NCBI GenBank assembly: GCA_038087875.1
Contig: CM075988.1
Span: 13,082,001-13,146,000, forward strand
From: Malacoraja senta
Taxonomy: Eukaryota
Reading direction: 5' to 3'
Length of the DNA: 64,000 nt
The translations under genes were made by a program, and so were the position numbers. Below, one piece after another: positions 13,866-27,130 of this stretch; the first letter of the stretch is position 1; each line of letters begins with the position of its first letter. A model generated the notes under the pieces. It ran no database searches and was not told the DNA's origin. It saw nothing but the letters and a program-made list of their open reading frames with translations.

Positions 13866-16800
13866 TATTTTATTTTTTTATTTTTTTATTTATTTTATTT
13901 ATTAGAAGTACATTACATTACAACCACATACATTAGTACTCGTCACTTATGTCTTCTTACAATTAATGTACTCCGTTTGTTTTTTACACTAGTAAAAGGA
14001 AAGGATAAGATTGAAAGAAAGAAGAAAGTGAAGGAAAAAGTGAGAGTGTAGAAAATGTGACAACAAGAAAGAACGAAGACCCTATAAGAACAAAATTAAA
14101 AACAAAAGAAAAAGAGTTAAGAAATAGACCCTAGAAAAGAAGGAGAAAGAGAAAGAGGAAAAAGAGAGAAACAAATAGTTTTTATGAGCATTACGCAAAT
14201 GGGACATACCAACTCTTCAACTATCATCCCCCATTACCTGACCTCAATTTTTTTAAGGTACCTTTGCACCCTATATTTGTAATAATTCTATAAATGCAGA
14301 CCACGTCAGGTGGAAGTGATCTGGTTTACCTGCCAGGAGGAGTCTTATCTCTTCTAGGTGTAATGTTTCGAACATATTTGAAATCCACATGTTTATAGTT
14401 GGTATTGGAGCCTTCTTGAGGATTAGAGCCTTCTTGAGGATTAGAAAATTTGAGGATTAGCTTTTTTCCAGTTATTAACCCATAGTTTATTAGTTTCTTT
14501 TGAAACACATTTAGTTCTGGACCATCTTCCGTTATTCCGAAGATAATCCATTCTGCTTTGGGTATCAGTTTTATTTTAAATAATTTTGTAAAGATTTTGA
14601 AAATTTCATTCCAAAATTTTTGAATTTTTGTACAGAAAACAAATGAGTGCGCTATAGTAGCTTCTTGGGATTGACATTTATCACAAATGGATGATACATT
14701 TGGGAAAATTTTATGGATTTTAGTTTTGGAATAATATAATCTATGTAAAATTTTAAATTGTATTAAAGTGTGTCTTACATTAATCGAACATTTATGCACG
14801 TTTAATAAGTGTTCATTCCAACTTTCCTTTGAAATTTTAATAGCTAACTCTTGTTCCCAGTCTCTTCTGATACCCTCCGTAGATGGTATTTCTACATTTA
14901 AGATAATATTATACAAATATGATATTAAGTTTGCTGATTCAGGTTTTATCTGCATTGCCTCATCCAATACATCTGCTGGGTTATTATAATGATCTTTTGT
15001 ATATTATTTCAAATAGTCGCATATTTGAAAATATTTAAAATATTGATTATTTCCGAGTTTATATTTTATTTGTAATTGTTGAAATGAAAGTAATTTTCCA
15101 GTTTCATACAAGTCACCGAACATTTTAATTCCTAGTCTATCCCAATGTGTAAAAGCTTTATCTATAATAGAGGGATTAAACGAAGGGTTATTAACTATGG
15201 GTGATAAAAGTGATACATTTCTTAATTTTAAATTTTGTTTTATTTGTTTCCAAATTCGGATTGTGCTATGAATAATTGGGTTCTTATTATAATTTATATT
15301 ATTCAGTTTCATTGGAGAGAGGAGGATCGCTCCAATGTTTCCAGAGGAGCAATCCTCTTTCTCCATTACAATCCAGTCCACTTGCTGGGCGGAGTTATCC
15401 ATCAGTTGAATCATATTTTTAATATTTACTGACCAATAATAATACATAAAATTAGGTAGTGCTAAACCCCCTAATACTTTAGGTTTATTCAGGTGAGTTT
15501 TTTGTAATCTATGTGATTTATAGTCCCATATAAAATTAGTGATATCTGAGTCGAGTTTTTTTTTAAACTTCTTTGGTAAGTATATAGGAATCGATTGAAA
15601 TAGGTATAAAATTTGTGGTAGAAAGATCATTTTTATTGCATTTATTCGGCCTATTAAAGACATCGGGAGCGTTTTCCAGAATTTAATTAGTGTGTTTAAT
15701 TTATTAAGTAGGGGGTCAAAATTTGCCTTAAACATACCTTGATATGTTCTAGTAATTTCGATTCCCAAGTATTTAAATTTTTCTGTAGCTATTTTAAAAG
15801 GGAATTTTAAAAGATGTGTTGAATCTTTCGGTTTTATTGACATAATTTCACTTTTATTCCAATTTATTCTATATCCAGAAAAAGATCCAAAGTCTTCAAT
15901 TAAATTTAATATATTTGGTATAGTGATTTGAGGATTTGTAATGTACAGTAATATATCATCCGCGTATAAAGATATTTTATTATATGAATCTTTAGTATTA
16001 TATCCATGGATATCAAGGTGTATTCTAATTTTTCTGCTAGCGGTTCAATAATGAGAGCAAACAGCTGTGGTGATAATGAGCATCCTTGTCTATTTCCCCT
16101 TGATAGTTGGAATTTCGAGGATAATATGTTATTAGTTAATATTCTAGCTGTAGGTTTATTATATAATAATTTGATCCATAGAATAAAATTCTCTCCCAGT
16201 TGGAATGTTTGTAATACTTTATCCATATAATTCCATTCTACTTGGTCAAATGCTTTTTCAGCATCCAGCGAAATAATTGATAATTCTTGATCTTCAGATT
16301 TGTGTGAGTGCATTATGTTGAGTAGATGTCTCATATTGTTAGATGAGTATCTCTTAGGGATAAACCCCGTCTGATCTGGGTTTATTAATTTACTAATGTA
16401 TTTACTTAATCTTCTAGCTAATGTTTTCGCTAATATTTTTTGATCTGTGTTTAACAATGCTATAGCTCTATATGAACCCGGTTCTTCTAAATCTTTGTCT
16501 TTCTTAAGTATTAGTGTAATCGTTGATTACGCTAATGTATCAGGTAGTATTTGTTTTTTAAAAGCATATTGGTACATTTTTTGTAATCTTGGTATTATTT
16601 TATCATAAAAGCTTTTATAAAATTCATTAGTAAATTCATCAGGACCTGGTGTTTTTCCATTCTTTAGTGAGTTTATTGTATCTTCTAATTACTTAATTGA
16701 AATTTGTGCACCCAATTCCTCTTGTTCCTTCAGCTCTAACATTGGAAGATTACAATTATCCAAAAACTTTGTGATATTATTGGAATCAATTGTCGTTTTA

Positions 16801-19330
16801 GATGTATACAAATTCTCATAAAATTGCGCAAATCTTTTATTAATATCCTTCGGTGTTGTTAATAATTCCCCTTTATCTGATTTAATCTTTGGGATAGTAT
16901 GTTCCTTTTCTCGTTTTTTTAGCTGGCAAGCCAAAAGTTTATGCGGTTTATCCCCAAATTCAAAGTGCTCTTGTTTTGTAATTTGAAAAAGTCTTATAAG
17001 TTTGGCAGATAATAATTTATTTTATTTAAATTTCAAAATTATTATTTTATTATGTTTATCTATTGATGGATCTTTAGCATTATCTATATCCATTTGTCTA
17101 ATAAGTTCTTCTAACTGTCTTTGTTCATTCTTATTCTTTTTATTTTGAAAAGCTTGATATGAAATTATAATACCCCTAATCTGGAGTATCATTTATTTGA
17201 AAAAGGCATCCATTTGTTCTTTTAAATATATACTCGCTTGTGGATCTTTTCGAATTTGAGAATTAAATCTCCAAAACGATTTATTCTTAAACATTCCTTC
17301 CAGTTTTAAAAAGAAAGTTAGTGGAGAATGGTCTGAAATCGAATTTGTATGGCATGTTGGGTTAAATGTTTGAGGGATTAATTTTGTATCCAGCAGGAAG
17401 TAATCTATACGTGAGTATGTCTTATGTACCATTGAATAAAACGAGTATTCCCTGCCAGTTGGATTAACAATTCTCCAAACATCTGCTATATTAGTATTGT
17501 TTATATAAGTATTGAGAAGTTCCCCGGTTTTCGATTTCATATTCCCTCTCTGTTTTTGGCTTGATTTATCTAAGTACGGATCTAAAACAATTAAAGTCTC
17601 CTCCTATTATAACATTTTGATAGTTAAACTCTGCAATTATGTTGAAAATTGTATTGAAAAAGTGGGGGTTGTTAAAATTAGGGGCATATATATTTACCAA
17701 GGTAAGTGGAGTATCATGAATTTCTCCATTAACTATTAAGTATTTCCCTTCTATATCTGTTATGATATTCTTTGCTTTAAATGATATACCTTTTCTTATA
17801 ATGATTGACGTACCTCTAGATTTCGAAGTGAATGAAGAATGGTATGTTTGACCTATCCATTTCGCCCTCAACCTAGCTTGATCCTGAGATTTTAAATGTG
17901 TTTCTTGTTAGAAGATAATGTCAGAGTTGTACAGTTTCAGCTGAGCTAGTATCTTACCCCTTTTAATAGGTTCGTTAATACCTCTTATATTCCAACTACA
18001 AAATGAGATTCCTCCTAGGTTCTTTTGTTTAGTATCATGCATTTTGAATAATTATAGTACCTTTAAATCTTGTGGTGCATCCATATCCCAGGTCTTTGGG
18101 TATTGGGGGAACTTTTGAATTTCTAAGTTTTGTTGGTATATCCATTTTACGCTTATCACTAAACACAAAACACAAACATGTGAGTTTATGTGGTAATAAA
18201 AAAAAAACTAAAAAAGTGAAGATACAGTGTCTAATATAGTCGGCACTGTAGCGAGTGTCCCACCTGCAGGTGGGAAAAAACCTTGTTTCGACTTCCATTG
18301 TGATGTTAAACAAATAGCTCCGCTCTCTTGGTTGATCATAACATATTAAAATATTAAAACGGGGCCTCACATTCAGATATATAATACAATTTAACCCTAT
18401 ATATTTCATTATAACATATCATATATATATCGCAATTTTAGCTACTAATTATTAAACAGATACTTTTGACTTCAATAAGAATCAACTGTTGGTTGAAGGG
18501 GTTAACGAGACGTGCCCCTGGACCTAAGCCAGGTGCTCGTTTATCATCCCCTCCTCCCACTTATAGATAAGGTTTCAATTTATTAAAAATTCATATTAGT
18601 ATGTTAGTTCATTATTTTTTATTTTTATTTATTTTTTATTTTTGTTAGTATTCTAATCTAACATGAATAACTTGTTAAGTTATTAATAGGATAAATTCTT
18701 ACAATTGGTTTTAATATTATAATCTAATAAACAAGTAAATGCTTCTGGTATATACCATTCCCGTCTGTTCAGCTGCTTACTCATTTTGAACAGAAAGTGT
18801 CCTTGATTCAACATTCCAAAGATAACAGTCTAGCCATCCCCAGACAAAGCATTACTTAGAATGGTTCAGATCTGCCAAACCCCCATTTGATTTCTATTTT
18901 TCAACGATAGTTTTGGCATATTTGAACGCGTCTTCAGGCTTAACATATGACTTTTCAGAACCCTTGAAGGAAATACGCATTTTCGCTGGATAAAAAACTC
19001 CGTATCTGATCCCTTCTTTCCCTCTTAAAAGATCCTTAACCTTCTCGAATTTGTTTCTTTTTTGCACAATTTCATACGGGTAGTCCCTGAGTATCTTGAT
19101 AGTGTCATTGTCCACCCGCAGTTGCACACCATGTTTGATTTTGCTCATAACATCTTCCAGTTCTAAAATATCCCGAAATTTCACAATAATGTCGTGGATG
19201 AGTTTTTCCCGCACCAGATCTTTGTTTAAATCTTGGGACACGATGAGCCACTTTGATTTTCGGTTCTTTGGAAAGATTAAGCAGTTGTTTAAGCAAGCCC
19301 ATGGCAAACTCACGCACATCCTCCCCCTCG
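13866..19330 (-). mobile_element. L1 LINE (fish-type), 5'-truncated in ORF1, ORF2 broken by stops and frameshifts
   Basis: ORF1 C-terminus 18894-19319; ORF2 from about 18042 (SWNIRG..QETHL, GDFN, SRIDY, SDH, RGNRQGCSLSP, YADD-like, FKYLG, C-terminal CxxC..HxFxxC); A-rich tail at about 13866-13900; flanked by ggctc(c)tgaaat at about 13856 and 19330. Confidence 0.93.
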
Positions 19331-19544
19331 GCTCCTGAAATTCTTGTAGTGAACGAAATCTTCACGCGCCAACGGCCTGTCGCGGAACTGACGGCCAAAG
19401 TGGGAGAGGCCCAAGACCCTGGCATGACGCAACGTCTCACCTTCAACAGCAGCAGAAGCAGGCAAACAATCGCCGAACTCGGCCTGGGGCTCACGGCCAT
19501 TGCGGTCCGGATCCGCCCCCACTTCTACTCCCAGAGCGGGACCA

Positions 19545-19745
19545 AGAAAATTGAAGATGGACACAAAATGCAGGAGTAACTCAGCGGGACCGGCAGCATT
19601 TCTTGAGAGAAGCAATGGGTGACGTTTCGGGTCAAGACCCTTCTTTTCAGACTGAAGAAGTCTCGACACGAAACATCACCCATTCCTTCTCTCCAGAGAT
19701 GCTGCCATTCCCGCTGAGTTACTCCAGCTTTGTGTCCATCTTCAA
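19545..19745. mobile_element. Palindromic pLTR-like element (two head-to-head copies) inside the MITE
   Basis: ttgaagatggacacaaa... is mirrored by ...tttgtgtccatcttcaa, centred near ttcagactgaa. Confidence 0.85.
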
Positions 19746-20169
19746 ATGACGTCATGCGCTCCAGACGGCTGTGCGTACGCATGTAATCGTGCCCGACCTT
19801 CGCTCGACCGTCTCGGCTCAACGCGACCATGAGGTCGCGTAATTTGCGTGCCAAGGGCACGTAAGTGGGACAGGCCCTTTAAGGAAATGCTTCATTTAAC
19901 ATTGCAACATGTGGAATGTATCATGCTGAAACAAGGCATTTAATCCAACAGCAGCAATCAACAACTGGCGGTTCTGACATATTCTCTTGTTATTTTAGAC
20001 ATCCAGTGCAGTTTTTAAAAATTATCAGGATGTTAGTGAATATTGGCTATTTTATTAGGGGATTAAAAAGAAACAATGAAATGTTGACATTTTGTATATT
20101 GGGAGAGTTTGTTTTATATTTTCATAATCCTTTACTTCCTTATCGACAGACTCAGTGCAGATGATTAAC

Positions 20170-20560
20170 AGCATCTCCTCCTCACTGACCTTCAACATAA
20201 GGGCGCAAGGCTGTGTGCTTGGCCCTCTGCTCTACTCTCTGTTCTCCCATGATTGTGTGGCCAAATACAGCTCCAAATGCTATCTATAAATGTGCTGATG
20301 ATACCCACTGCTGTTGGCTAAATCCCAAGTAGCTGACAAGTCTGAATGCAGGATATAGAACATGTAGTTGAGTGGTGCTGCAACAACAACCTCTTGCTCA
20401 ACATCAACCAAAAGAAGAAACTAATCCTTGACTTCAGAAAAGGGAAGTTGGGAGACGACTCGCCTGTTTTCATTGCTAGTTAAGCAGCAGAGAGTTAACA
20501 GCTTCACATTCCTGGATGTTAAAGTCTTGGATGACCTGTAGACCTTGGATGGCCTAGCAC
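20170..20560 (+). mobile_element. Degenerate Rex1-like RT fragment
   Basis: PQGCV-GPLLYSL..DCVA..IYKCADDT..WC..NNLLLNI..TKEL-like remnants. Confidence 0.65.
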
Positions 20561-21311
20561 ATGGATACACCCAGTAAATGATGCACATGGATTACTTCCA
20601 TGAATGATCATTGCCATTCAGAGTCATGGAACTCCAGCAGGAAGATTGTTTTTTTTGTGGTTTTCACTGAGCCGGAGGATACAATAGAAAATGAATTGCA
20701 GGAAGCTGTAGCCCAAGAAAATACTTTTAACTTCATATATTTCCCAGGAGGGGATAACTGAGGGTCTTATTTGACACTTGAGCAGCTCTTTCACATTTGG
20801 TTCTATTCAGGGTTGTCAGTTCTAACTGATTTCAATTCATGGAAGGGTTTTGTGGACTGGTGTGTTACTCAGCCACACTCCGATCATTGACTCATTTTTG
20901 TGCTCCGACAATTTTTCCAAATCAGAATCATGGCTTGTGAAATCATTGCTTTCATCTTTTGTAAGACATTTATGATATTGAGAGAAAATGTAGTTCTGTT
21001 TAATACCATTGTGGATTTTCTGCTGTGCTATTCACTGAATGTTATGAAGGCTTTTCTTTAAATCCGAGATAACGAGAAAGGTTGACAGTCTAAACAGCAT
21101 CTGATCTTGCTGGATAACTACTTTACCTGACTGTGGAAGTAATGAAAAATACTGAACGAGCTGAAAAATACTGAATACTGAATACTGAAAAATACTGAAA
21201 AATACTAAGTGACATCTTGTGAATATGTCTAAACTTCCAGTACTCCAACAAATGAAGAAATGTGCTTTATTTATACCAAACAATTATAACACGCAGTGCA
21301 ACATTTCTTAC

Positions 21312-21354
21312 AGTGGCGTTCTCCGAAGAGGTAAACTCTCCTGTGAGCTGTACA
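21312..21354 (-). other. Candidate 43-nt cytoplasmic exon
   Basis: gcattgtttcag|TGTACAGC..GCCACT|gtaaga; open in two frames (VYSSQESLPLRRTP or VQLTGEFTSSENAT). Confidence 0.35.
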
Positions 21355-21464
21355 CTGAAACAATGCATCAGCAGACTTAGTCATATTCTTTAATTTCAAA
21401 AGAGATACCACTCAATATTACATGTTATAGGTAATGTTCCATTGATGTAGATGTTGGTAAGTTA

Positions 21465-21979
21465 AACTCAAATCTAATACGTACACCCTAAAGTCTCGAC
21501 TCGCCAAAGTGGTGACCCTACTGGTCCGGACGGATTTTGGACTTTCAACATGCAAGCCGCCATTATTCCCGACGCCCTGCAAAACGCTGTGGGACTGAAG
21601 CTGCCCGTGTTCTGGGCAGAGCAGCCTCAAGTGTGCTTTGCCCAGTTTCACCTCCGCAATGTCATGGTTGACGACACCCGGAACTTTAACGTCGTCGGGG
21701 CGCTCAACCAAGAGACGGCTCGCAGTTGCTGCCATACTTACAGGACCCACCAGCGCTTGGCAAGTACGATTGCGTCAAGGCCCTACTGCTTCGCATCTTC
21801 GGGCTCAGCCGCCGGGAGCGTGCCGCCTGCCTCCTCCACATGGACGGCCTCAGCGATTGCGCCACTCTGGATTGCGATTCATTTATCGTCGCAGCGGTGG
21901 CCCAGCCGCTCCTGGGCGCTGACTTCCTTCGGGCCTTTTCCCTCATGGTGGACGTACAGGGCGGGCGCCTAATTCCACC
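21465..21979 (+). mobile_element. Internally deleted Gypsy fragment (LTR end, PBS, gag fused to protease remnant)
   Basis: PBS-like tggtgaccc at about 21510; gag AVGLKLPVFW..FGLSRRERAACLLHMDGLSD joined to VAAVAQPLLGADFLRA. Confidence 0.8.
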
Positions 21980-23479
21980 GGAAACAGACACAGGCCGTTG
22001 AATGCAAAGGAAGCTTGTTAGCCTTTGTAAACACTTCCAGCCAATGCAAGATAGACCTTATGGAACCATCTTAGTGAGAAGGAGCAGGGGGTGCGAGAGA
22101 TCAGGAAATTGGTCAAACAAGTATACCAAATGTCAATTTCAGATATCAACATCTGAACGTCTGTTGCAAGTACTTTTTAGCCAATCTGTGGTAATAACTT
22201 CAAACTCACATCAGCTCATTTAGATCCATCACCAATTGAGATTTTATTGGCTCTTGATATAAAGTTTAAAAAAATTAACTAAAGCTATCCATGAAGAATA
22301 AGCCATCGCTTTATTACCTTTCAGCTGAGAGCACAAGCTCATGAGAAAATTATTTATTTGTGGGGGACCAAAAGATTGGGGTGAATGGAAAAGTTACATT
22401 TAGCAAAGAAAATGAAATCCACTTGTTAAAAAAAACAACACAAAGTGCTGGAGCACCCGAACAGGTCAGGTATCATCACTGGAGAAGATGGATAGGCAAC
22501 ATTTTGGGTGAGGACAATTCTCAGATTGCCGAGAAGGAGTTGGGGTGCCAGAGAACAAAGACTGTTCGATGTAACCAACAAAAGGGCAGGCATTGGTGGA
22601 GCCCATGCGAGTGCCCACAGCGACAAATTTAACTTGAAGAAAGTGTGACGAGTCAAAATATAAGTAATTGAGAGTGGAAAGATTCTACCAGGTGGAGAGG
22701 AATGTTAGTGGAGGAAAACTGATTTGGGCTCTGTTCAAGGAAAAAGTGGAGGGCCATGAGACCTGGTGGGGATGGAAGTGTAAAGAGAAATCCTCTTGTT
22801 CCTCAAGAAATACAGACTTTTTTCAGGGATACACCAGGAAATTGGGTTTCTACAAGAGAGCTTAGCAGAAAAATCTAACTGGCCTCTGTAAAACTATCAT
22901 GTGCTCAGAATTCAGAAGTAATCATGTTGTCTTTTTGGCTATTAACATTTTCCGGAGAGTCACTTTTGGCCAATCTGCTTTGGTTCCTGTGTTGCTTTGA
23001 ATTCCTAATGAGAAAGAAAAATAGCAAAGTTGTGAGGAATAAGTCCCAAAATTATTCTGTGATGCTCAATTAAGAACCACCCAGGAATATAAATCCAGAG
23101 TGATTATTTTCATCTTCTTACTCAAACACAACTCTGTCACTCCACCCAATCCATTTACTGTTTTACTAAAATGCCTTAGGTTATTTTACCAATTTGAACA
23201 TCAGTACAAGCAAATTCTACTCAGAGTTTAATGAATTTTCAACTATAAAGAATGACAAAGACATGTCTGTATTCTAAGATTTATCTTCTGAAATTTCTTT
23301 CAAGTGATCCCTCAGGATCAATTTTGGACACCCTCTTTTCCACACTGTGAAGATATCCAGTTAACCTTCCAAGATGTAGAGATGACACAATCTCTAACTG
23401 CCTCCATTTTATCATTCTATTTATCTGCTATGTACTTCTGGCCAAGTTACTCCCAGTTTACCTCCAGTTTTCTCAGTGT

Positions 23480-24050
23480 GACCCAGATGTGTATATAAAT
23501 GAATCATTGGAAGTTAAATGCAATTACAAAATGCAATTGGGATCTAATTCTATATTGGCTTTAATTGCAAGGGAACCCGAGTACAAAGATAGACACATTT
23601 GTTTCCAATTGCATACGAGTCTGGTGGGAAAACATCTGAAATATTATGTACTGGTCTGGTTTCCCAATCCAAGAAAGGATTTACTTGTGATGAAGAGAGA
23701 GTAGTTGATTCATGGAATGGTGGCATTGTCATGAGGAGAGATTAAGCAGACTGGGCCTTTACCAATTATATTATATGTTGTACATTGTGATTGCATTGAG
23801 GCATTAAAAGTTATTATCATAGGAAAGTGAGGATGATGTTTCCCAAGACGAGCATGTTCTGAACCACAATAAAGAGGTCACCTTTCTGGACAGGAAGGAG
23901 AAGAAATTCCTACACCTTGAGGATAGAGGTCTTTGGAATTCTTACCTAGGTGGAGGCTTAGTCAGTTGTGAGAGAGATGGGGAGATTTTTTGGATAATAT
24001 GGGATATGCAGGAAAGTTGTATTGAGATAAAAGATCAAGTCAATGATCTT
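23480..24050 (+). mobile_element. Old CR1 3' fragment (also in the paralogous block at about 61800-62350)
   Basis: Degenerate ARxxEYK..YCVxxWxP..TRGH..F..WN pattern. Confidence 0.6.
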
Positions 24051-24590
24051 ATTGAAGAGTTGAACAGGTGCAAGGGACCAATGGCCTGCATGTGATCTTG
24101 TGTGATGTGCAGCTTGAATGTGAATGTTTGAAACTTTTGGTACATTTTCTGTCCATCATCAAGACCGTAAAAAAATGACTCGCTATCTGCACCTGCCGCT
24201 GATGACCTTAGCCGGTGACCTGACAAATCTCTCATCTGAATCTTTTTTACTTTCAGATGGGGCTGTTGCAATGCTCTCTCTCCAGCCCCATGGGCTTCTC
24301 TCACCTGTGATTCAGCCAAACCATGGTGTTAAGCATTTGGTCTTACACTAAACCTTATTCCCTTTATTGTGTATCTATACACTGTGGATGGTTTGATAGT
24401 AACCATGAATTGTCTTTCTGCTCACTAGTTATCTTTTCACCATACCCTGAGTTTCAAAATTCCTCAAATCCACACTGCAGATTACCTCCTTGCTGTTGTA
24501 AACTTGCTTCCTACTTAATGCATATTATTGGAGAAAAATTGTTCATCTATCATTTATATAAAAAGGATAAAAGGCTATTTTAAGGCTTAC

Positions 24591-24615
24591 CTCCATTTGC
24601 ACAAGCAGTCCCAAT
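24591..24615 (-). other. Candidate 25-nt cytoplasmic micro-exon
   Basis: tttttattgtatag|ATTGGGACTGCTTGTGCAAATGGAG|gtaagc; also present in the paralogous block near 62911-62935. Reading phase unresolved. Confidence 0.35.
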
Positions 24616-25105
24616 CTATACAATAAAAAGGACATATTATTAGGGAAATTCTCCCATACATCATTTTTTTCGTCTGGAATCTGATTTTCATAATATAGAA
24701 CATTTGTTTTTATTCAATGCTTTGACACATTTATTGTTAGTCATAAAACATGGAAACAGGCTCTTCAGCCCAACCTATCAATGCTGACCAAGATGTCCCA
24801 TCAAGGTAGTCCCAATTGCCTGGCCCAGATTCCTCGAAACCTTTCCAACCTATGTACCTGTCCAAATGTTTTTGATGTGTTGCTATAAAATGCGTTTGGA
24901 CAAGTACATGTGTGGTGCTTTTTATTTACATTGATGCAATAACACCCCAGAATCCTTCACCCCCACAATCCTGCTGACTGCTGTTTTTGTATAAACCTTG
25001 CTGATTGCTCCAAATTTTCAACAGGGAAATTCCATTTAAGAATCCTTCCTTTTAGCGATTTTTCAATGTCAAAAAGGAAAATATTAACTAAAGGTGAGAA
25101 AGTTA

Positions 25106-25405
25106 AGGGGCTGTCCCACTGTACGAGCTAATTTTAGAGTTCTCCCGAGTTTACCCTGATTCGAACTCGGAGAATTATAGTAATAGTCGCTCGTAGGTAC
25201 TCGGGGCTCTCGTGAAGATTTTTCAACGTTGAAAAATCTTCACGAGCTTACCGCGTTTCCCGAGTACCTGCCGTTAGCATTACGATCCGCTAAGAGACGT
25301 CCTAATCTCTGACATACCCGCTACGTACATTCTACGTGCTTACCACGAGTTTTTTTTTAAACTTGGGAGAGCTCTTGAATTAGCTCGTACAGTGGGACAG
25401 GCCCT
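25106..25405. mobile_element. Harbinger/PIF-type MITE
   Basis: TIR AGGG(G/C)CTGTCCCACTGTACGAGCTA; TTA TSD; the paralogous site at 63428-63430 is empty with a single TTA. Confidence 0.92.
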
Positions 25406-25610
25406 TTAGGCATGATTTCACATGGGATATTTTGTAGCTCTTTGTGACCAGAGTAACCTGTTTAGAACTGGACATACCTTTACAACAGACATCGATATTA
25501 ACTTTTGTGTGCACCGTGACTACACTGTAAGATTCCTATGTTACCTTGCCCTTCGAAATCATTACTTGTCATTTTTTATCCACTATTCAATTCCTTATTT
25601 GTTTGTTTAC

Positions 25611-25700
25611 CAGTTAATTTGCCTTTCCTGCAGCAGAGCAGTAACAAAATCACAGTCGTCACGAAGATTGGCACCGTTACAAATCGGACAGGGAAATGAC
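25611..25700 (-). CDS. Transmembrane exon of the Ig receptor
   Basis: Acceptor tttttgatgtcttacag|GT and donor ACTG|gtaaac; 90 nt, phase 1-1. SHFPVRFVTVPIFVTTVILLLCCRKGKLT: hydrophobic stretch, di-Cys and basic stop-transfer residues, in frame with the C2 exon. Confidence 0.75.
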
Positions 25701-25939
25701 CTGTAAGACATCAAAAAATTGGGTTTCTTATGGTTTGCATCAGTATAAAAGAACGCTGGCAAATATCAGTTAAATTGCCTTCCTTGCGTATCGATTCAGT
25801 GCAATATTAATATCATGAATTGCAAATTAATTTCTCATTAATGCTGCTGTAGATTCACCATACCATTATTTGTGAGATAGGATTGTACCAGCCCATCTAG
25901 GTTTAGATTTCTTATTGCCATGTTTATCGAGGTACAGTG

Positions 25940-27130
25940 AAAAGCTTTGTTTTGGATGATATCAAAACAGATCAGATATGCTGCACATAAATACAATCAC
26001 ATCAAACTCAAGTACAATAAATAAAGCAAAGGAAAAGATGCAAAGTGCAGAATATAGTTCCCAGCATTGTAGCACATCAGTTTCATAGACAAAGCCCATG
26101 ATAGTAAGTTTGCAGATGATATCAAGATTGCTGGGGTCACGGACTGTGAAGAAGGATGCCAAAGTTTACATTATTTTGGCTGCTTTTCTGAGGCAGAGTG
26201 GAGTGTGGATGGAATCAATAGTGGGAAGTCTGGTCTGTATGATGGTCTGGGCTACAGCTACTATTCTCTGCAATTTCTTGTGGCCTGGGCAGAACTGCTC
26301 CCAAACCAAGATGTGTTGCAACCCAACAGTAGGCTTTCTATGGTGCTTTTGTGGAAGTTTGTAAGAGTCATTGAATAATATTATATTATAAGAGTCATTG
26401 AATTATTTATATTATAGGCAAGAAAATTGAAGATCTCAACCATTTCCGCTTCATTGATGGTGATTTGGGCATATTTTGCACCACACTTTCAGACATTGAT
26501 AACTAGCTCGCTCATCTTGCGAACATTGAGGGAGAGGTTATTGTCAATATGTATAGACTTCTGTCCATATTTTCCGAACACCATTTTACTAAGTACTCTA
26601 TCTCCTTCCTTTCTTGTCATTGTTCATGATCCAGCCCACCTCACTGGTGTCAACTACAAATTTGTGGATGGACTTTGAACCAAATTTGGCCGTCCAGTCA
26701 TTAGTGTATCGGGAGTTCTGTAAGGGACTGAGAAAGCATCCTTGCAGGGCACTGATATTGACAATTATTGTGGAGGATGTGTTGCCAGATTGTGGTCCGG
26801 GCATCAGAAATTCAAGACTCATTGATAGAATCCAAATTGTATTGATTTACTGCAATCCATTCAAATTGCAGTTAAGACCCTTTACTCGTTGTATAATGTT
26901 GGCATAAAGTGAGAGGGGGAAAGTTGATTGGAGAAGTGAGGGGCAAGGTTTTTTTTTCACAATGTGGTGGGGGCCTGGAACACACTGCCAGGGCTTGTGG
27001 TGGAGGCAGCTACGATAGTGGTGTTTAAGAGGCTTTTGGATAGGCACATGGATATGCAGGGGATGGAGCGATATGGATCTTGTACAGGCAGATGAGATCA
27101 GTTTAACTTGGCATCATGTTTGGCACAAAC
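25940..27130. mobile_element. Cluster of old Rex1 (minus) and CR1 (plus) fragments
   Basis: Remnants of QGCFLSPL..DW.AKF..IHKFVDDT (minus) and a CR1 3' end at 26900-27130. Confidence 0.6.

Larger units (their letters stand above)
13702..19878. mobile_element. Harbinger/PIF-type MITE split by the L1 and a palindromic insert
   Basis: TIR AGGGCCTGTCCCACTTAC at both ends; TTA TSD. Confidence 0.85.

Noticed and set aside
20125-20143. Exact 19-bp inverted match (GATAAGGAAGTAAAGGATT) to 60192-60210, next to a DYENI-encoding frame
   Set aside because: Purine-rich, the match does not extend, and no acceptor supports an exon; could be chance.
22200-22350. Chain of micro-exons (7, 20 or 43 nt) that could complete the cytoplasmic tail
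   Set aside because: Several frame combinations fit, and one donor is lost in the paralogue; cannot be chosen without transcripts.
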